Assembly: GCA_965235115.1 (NCBI GenBank) | Contig: OZ249437.1 | Span: 49,600,001-49,664,000 of the forward strand | Length of the DNA: 64,000 nt | Reading direction: 5' to 3' | DNA from: Laetmonice hystrix | Lineage: Eukaryota | In this document: positions 58,374 through 64,000 of the stretch, in pieces | Numbering within the stretch: the first letter of the stretch is position 1 | Layout of the letters: the number at the start of each line of letters is the position of its first letter | The notes under the pieces: model-generated | Told to the model about the DNA's origin: nothing | Seen by the model: only the letters and a program-made list of their open reading frames with translations | The model's database searches: none | Position numbers and translations under genes: made by a program

Positions 58374-61300
58374 AATCATACATGACTGGAGAAAACGTCC
58401 TCACAATTCAATAAGTTCTCCGGTGACGGCGGCGGCAAGGATAAAGTATGATTGTGAAGGAATGGAGTCTTACTGGTTACGTTAACCAGGTCTGTATCTC
58501 ATCCCGGTAAGACCTTCTTGCCAACTCCGACAGACAACCAGGTAAATTGCTCTCGAAATCAGTATCAGTCAATTGTTCTATAATAAGAAGTCAGGCAGTA
58601 ATCTGCCGGTTCCCAATTTACCAACTTGTCCCGTTTCCAGCCTTCTAAACTTCTGTCAGAACAAATTAGCAGCGCGGCATTCTGGAGACTCTCAATTACC
58701 TCGCAGGATTGGCCTGTACTGAAATTGCTAGAAATTAGAAGGCCAGCTTAAAGTAGTGCAAATTACATTCAGTAAATGTTGGCTGTTGGAGTGGTTCACT
58801 GTAAGTAATGTAATGCCAGTTGGTAGGCCCTATGCTTTATATCAACATTGTGCTATCTTAGCCCGACTCTCCTGTAAATTCAGAATGATTTTATAAGAAG
58901 TGATGCTGTAAAGCTCCCAGTTATGACCCATCTACCTTGCCATAAAGCCCCACATTTCATCAAACATCTGAGCTGGGACACGACACTGTGAAATATGACT
59001 GCTCAAAGCCAGCTTGGGTCATCTTTCTCAATGACTTACTTTCATGCAGTGCATATACAGTACACGCGTGCGTGTCTGAAAGACAGTAACCTCCATGTAG
59101 GACACAGTCACTCACACATCTGGGAAGTGAACTGTGAGTAACCAGACGACACACACGTGCTCGCAGCAACCAGTCATGGCTGACGTTTTACTTACAAAGT
59201 AACAACACAACATAGTGACATACACTATACATTAACAGCATGTTTCTCCTCTTGTTACTGTTATTAAATGAGGGACAAAAATCTTCTCAACACACTCTGC
59301 TTTTAACAAAAACAACATTTCACCCTGAGGGTTTTCGAAGGAGCGAGTGGCTTGCCTGAAGGATCCTAAGTACAATAGATGTACAAAAGACTTCGGCTTT
59401 AGCTCAACTGACACGATATGACCTACCATTAATGTCACATCCAACAACTTGAACGTGAAATTAATCTTAGATTAAGCTCGGTACCGCCAAGCAAACTCCC
59501 ACGTGGTCAATACGTCCGACCCGGCCAACCATCTTTCTATGTTCTGGGCCGCTTGAACTCATGCCAGATTTATTTTTTAAAGTGCAAAAATTTATTAAAG
59601 GAAATGATAATTGGAATTTGTAAATAGAAAAATGTTTTCTTCCTTTAGTTGCAAATTAATCAAAGAAATAGTCACAACGTCTATAGGAGAGCGCTATTTA
59701 TGTATGCCAAAAATCCGGTTGACTTGTTTTACGAAGAGCACCGAAATGTCTGGCCGGCTATCTAAAACTGACTACAGATAGGATCAGAATAAAGTAATCG
59801 ATATCTAAAGCCTACAATCGAATTGTATATATGCATTAGCATTAAACATCCCTTCAGCTATATGAGGTAGATTTAGTGAAAGAGAGACGGATTACTGCAT
59901 AATTCGGTGGGCTCTGATCTACGCCTTTGCTCCACTCCCCCGCCCCGATCTGGTTAGGAAATGGGTCGATATAGATCTTTTATTCACCCGCTTCGGTGAC
60001 CACATTTCAATCAGCTTTGATTCAAGTCTCTTTAGAGTTGCACGGTTCAGAATAACCCTATTACAAGCCTTGACTGTCGCCTTATCCTCTACGGCAGCAC
60101 CAGAAATTGGACTCTTTGTGAACATGTAGAAGTTCTTTGTCCTTCACACGTTTCTATGCCACGTAAGGCACTATCGAGCATTGACGTCGGATTTCTCAGC
60201 AAAAAATGTAAATTCCATCTTTTTTAATGAAACCAGTGACTAAACACGACCTAGTGAAGCGGGCAGCAGTTAGTCCAGGTGGTGCACAGTGCACAAGTCT
60301 AGGCAGGACGGAGTGCAATAAGACAAGGTAGCGTTGAGAGCAACACCTAGCAGGATTAATGGCGGAGATTTTTGGAACCTACATCCGAGGAAATATCACC
60401 ACAGTAAGGTCCAAACTGAACATACAACTCCACTGGTGTTCCCGCTTCACAAGCCCATACCGCTAGGTGTTGATTGCGTTGATTCCACGGACTATTGATG
60501 CCATGAAGGATCCCACTTCAAGGCAGCAATGAGAGAGAGGCTGAGGAAGAGGATGAGGAGGAATGGTGATAGGGGTTCATTTCTCAGTGTGCACTCTCAC
60601 GTTTAATCTTCACGACCGTTTTCCTTCTCTCTGGGATGGCCACTACCTCCTCTCAACACTCCAATATTTCCTCTATCCTTTGAAACTCTAGGCTAAACCA
60701 GTCACTTACAATATTGACATTGAAATACCTCTAGTAGGTTCAAAGGCTCAGCTTTCCCTTCTCAAGGCAACATGTAGGAGAATCTTTGCTTTGAGCAGTA
60801 CTTTGAAGTAGAAGCAATTTTTTGCCAAGGATAAACCGACGATCATTAAGAAGAATTCAATTCTCGTCTCGTTTCGACTGGTCGTCCCGTCTACAGAAAT
60901 ATCCATTACACTAAACTTGGCAGCACGAAAAAGAAGTGTTTTTTGGTGGCTCAGGTTTGCCGGGCTACAGCTGGCTGAAGGTTCAGTGGGCCCAATGACA
61001 GCTGGTTACTATGGCTCACTGAGTGGTCAAGACAAAACAAGAACCACATGGCTGGACAAGCTGCCGTGGTGACCAGAGCACACAGTGGGCAGACGGGAAA
61101 TCTATCACCAAATCGTTGTTAAAAACTCAAGTCCATACGGCCAGTCAGATGAACGCCCGCTGTCGTTTTTAACAAAGAACTGGTAATATATTGAACAACC
61201 TCCTGTGTCAATATTTGGTATTATCGTTCTCAATTGTCAAAGTATTGAATTCTTCACTATTATTTCCAGGCCAATTTTAAACGACAAATGACGATAGCGA

Positions 61301-64000
61301 TTAAATGTATTAAACAAACAGTCACGTTCCGTGTAATTCTATAGGATCTAGCCTGTCAAACTGGCGACCAATTATGGCATCAACAGCTCTTTTGTTTATT
61401 CCACATTGTTCAGAAAATATACAGACATACTAAATTACCTCTTAGACTGCTGCCTCATAGCTGTCTTGCGAAGGACTGTCTGTATTTATATAATACCGAG
61501 TAATTTCTGATGTATTTAGACGATTTCCATAATTAGCAAGTCTGAAACTACCGCTCCTGATTCGCTGTCCTGCGCCATCAAACCTTTTCTTCCGCCCACA
61601 TACATTCATTATGAGGAAGAAGCATTTTCTTGGTAAATTTCCTTTGTGCGGCACAGCTAGCTGTAGGAGCAGCTGTCCGCCTCTCGCCAATGTTCCCTAA
61701 GCTTATTAGCGCCTCATCAGGCCAATCGAGACTGCACAGTCTGTCTGCCACAATTTCCCGATTCATTGATTTCTGTGGACCTGTGTCTAGTCTACAGCTA
61801 GTTTCCTAAGTGCTAGCAATCATTAGAAATACAGTAATTAATTGCATGGTGTAATTACACGACTCACTGTGCGAATTCTATGGCAGTAAAACTTTTTCAA
61901 ACAGCAGTTTTGCTGTGCTTGCAAGATATATCCAATAACTCTTAGGGATAAAAGGATTACAGTCTCGCCTGAGGGATGTATAGATTATCAGGAAAATGCA
62001 CTTAATATTGGTGTGCCTGGAGTTTTTTAATCTGTCAATCCGGAAGTAATAAATGCTCCTTTGATATTGAAGGTCATATCGTTAAAAGACTTGAATTGTT
62101 CGGTTTATACCGGGGCATAGTTAGCCTCAGGCATTCAGCGATGTAAACAACGAGTTCAATATCCCATCAAGGGGCGACAATAAGGATTTCAGAACAAACA
62201 TATCAAGCTCCAGCAAGATACCTTTGAGGCAGACAAAGACTCATCATGAACTTCATCTTTTTTCTGCCTTCTAACTTTTAACAAATTTAATTTTCTGAGG
62301 GTGAGAGTTCTTCGTGAACGGAAGGTCTGTTGTGCCTTGCATACATTGCGACAGCAAGATGGCATTGCTGCCACTTGCTCGTCAATTTGCGTGCCATGAC
62401 TGATACTTTGCCATCAATAAGCACCAATAATCACGTACATGGCAGGGCTGGATCACCAACATGTGTTGGCCATTGCGGGCAGCGGCCGAGGACCCTTGTA
62501 GTTGTTTATTAGTGCCACCGTGCCTGTCTACAACTAGTGATATATCGCGTGTGTATCGGCTTACCCCACCTGGCACCGAGTCCGTGCCGCTTGTATACAG
62601 TGCCAGCATATGGCCGCCGTGCACTCCCACACTGTAGCAGAACGCCCAAACTCAACCTTGAGCTCAGCCGATAACGTCACTTCGCCCTCTCTTCATCTGT
62701 CCTTGTCAGCGAGACCGTGCAACACTTTAGGGAGGTCCTTCACAAAACATGTGGGAAGGGTCTGCACTGACAAAGTACTCCTTACATTTCATGCCCGAGT
62801 GAAAATCGCAAAGCATTGCAGAGGTAGTTAGAATGATAGATTCTAGAAGGCAGTTCCCACTGAATGACCGTGCCCTGCCGGGTGAAAACGCACTTTGGTT
62901 TTTTACCGAGGTTCATCGACGTACGTACACATAACGTGCCTCTACAAGGATTCGAATGTTTCTATGATCGATGCTGCAGTGACAGAATCCGTCCACACTG
63001 ACAGCCCGTATAACCGCGCTGCTGTCGTCTGCTCGAGCAGGACTTCACTGACGCTCAAAGAACAGATGACTACAGCTGCGATTAGACCGCCAAGAACCCA
63101 GAACTCACAGATATTGTCTCCAGATCTACCCAGTCATTTCTCAGTCGTTCTCAGTCAGATTAACCAACCACACTCTCTCTCCTACTGAAGAAACTCCATG
63201 TTTCTGACCTAAAGAAGCTGGTCTCTCTGATGATCCACCTGGCCACCCAGATCGACAGTTCCCCTCCTGGTGCCAATGTCAGCAAACCCTACCGCACGTC
63301 TACCACTGCAATAAAGGCAGCATGGCGCCCCAATTAACACCGCTGCTTTATTTTGCTAATGCCGACAAATAAACGAACCGGCATGTGAAGGTCTGTTTAG
63401 ACGCCACCGCCGCCCAACTTTTCCTCCCAGGCTGGGTGAGCCTTTCTCTCGTCAATTTCCTCCACACGGTCATAATTCCTCATCACTGATGCCTTCCTGC
63501 TGCGCTGAAGCCGACGGGTTACTCATGACCTGTCGACGCACCAGATTATCGCAGAGATAAGCCTGTTTTATCAACAGTATCAGGGGAGGGGTTGCCATGT
63601 TTTGATCTGACATCAGAGGCTGTGTCATCAAAGCCAAGTCAGAGATGACTGAACAAGTAAACATGTTTGACTGCAGCCAGCAAGAAAACTCCAAGAGGTG
63701 CCAACCCCCAGCCACATACAGCTTCGTATTTCTACTATTCGACATATCATGATTCCTAGAAGTCGATCTTTATATGATATTATATATAACTTATTAAGAT
63801 ATTTTCATCCATGAAAAATGTTCTCATTTCTTCCCAAACTGGTTCGTGTGTTAAAAGTTACTTCGTTCTCGTCTAGTTTGGTTACTGAAGACAGTCGCTG
63901 AATGACTTCTTGAAGTACCCGCTTCTCCTTACCAAAGTTTCTCTGCAATTCGCAAAACTTCAGAACTTTTCGCATCCGATGTCTTCCATGAGAACGACCC

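Noticed and set aside
57914-58404. Repetitive hydrophobic-looking ORFs
   Set aside because: Translations of the ~61-bp tandem repeat; no usable splice phase into the Ig1 exon.
61515-61535. YLDD motif suggesting an LTR or DIRS reverse transcriptase
   Set aside because: Isolated tetrapeptide flanked by stops, with no other RT motifs.
62110-62170. tRNA or SINE-like segment with a B-box-like GAGTTCAAT
   Set aside because: No cloverleaf can be folded and the A box is unconvincing.

Overview
Intron-rich animal genomic DNA; the frazzled-like EFEC C-terminus suggests a protostome, which is inference. I found no prokaryotic features, CRISPR arrays, rRNA or tRNA genes. Three protein-coding genes were reconstructed by hand from splice sites and reading phase. 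(1) A STELLO/DUF288-like type II membrane glycosyltransferase on the minus strand (4 coding exons, 92..7801, about 747 aa). (2) A divergently transcribed paralog on the plus strand (4 coding exons, 12274..15436, about 767 aa) with introns at the same positions and phases. (3) A neogenin/DCC/frazzled netrin receptor on the minus strand (24 coding exons, 20141..54562; 4 Ig, 6 FN3, TM, P1-P2-P3); its signal-peptide exon was not found. The most interesting signal is that the two glycosyltransferase paralogs appear to have lost complementary acidic catalytic motifs. Gene 1 keeps the N-terminal DDD/DPDVD motifs but lacks the C-terminal DD; gene 2 shows the reverse. This is reminiscent of the EXT1/EXT2 division of labour. 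The neogenin introns carry several tandem arrays, in-frame alternative splice options and a dense set of CTCF-like motifs. Most short ORFs in the supplied track are spurious or are exon read-throughs. All coordinates, alignments and family motifs were worked out by eye or from memory, without database searches.
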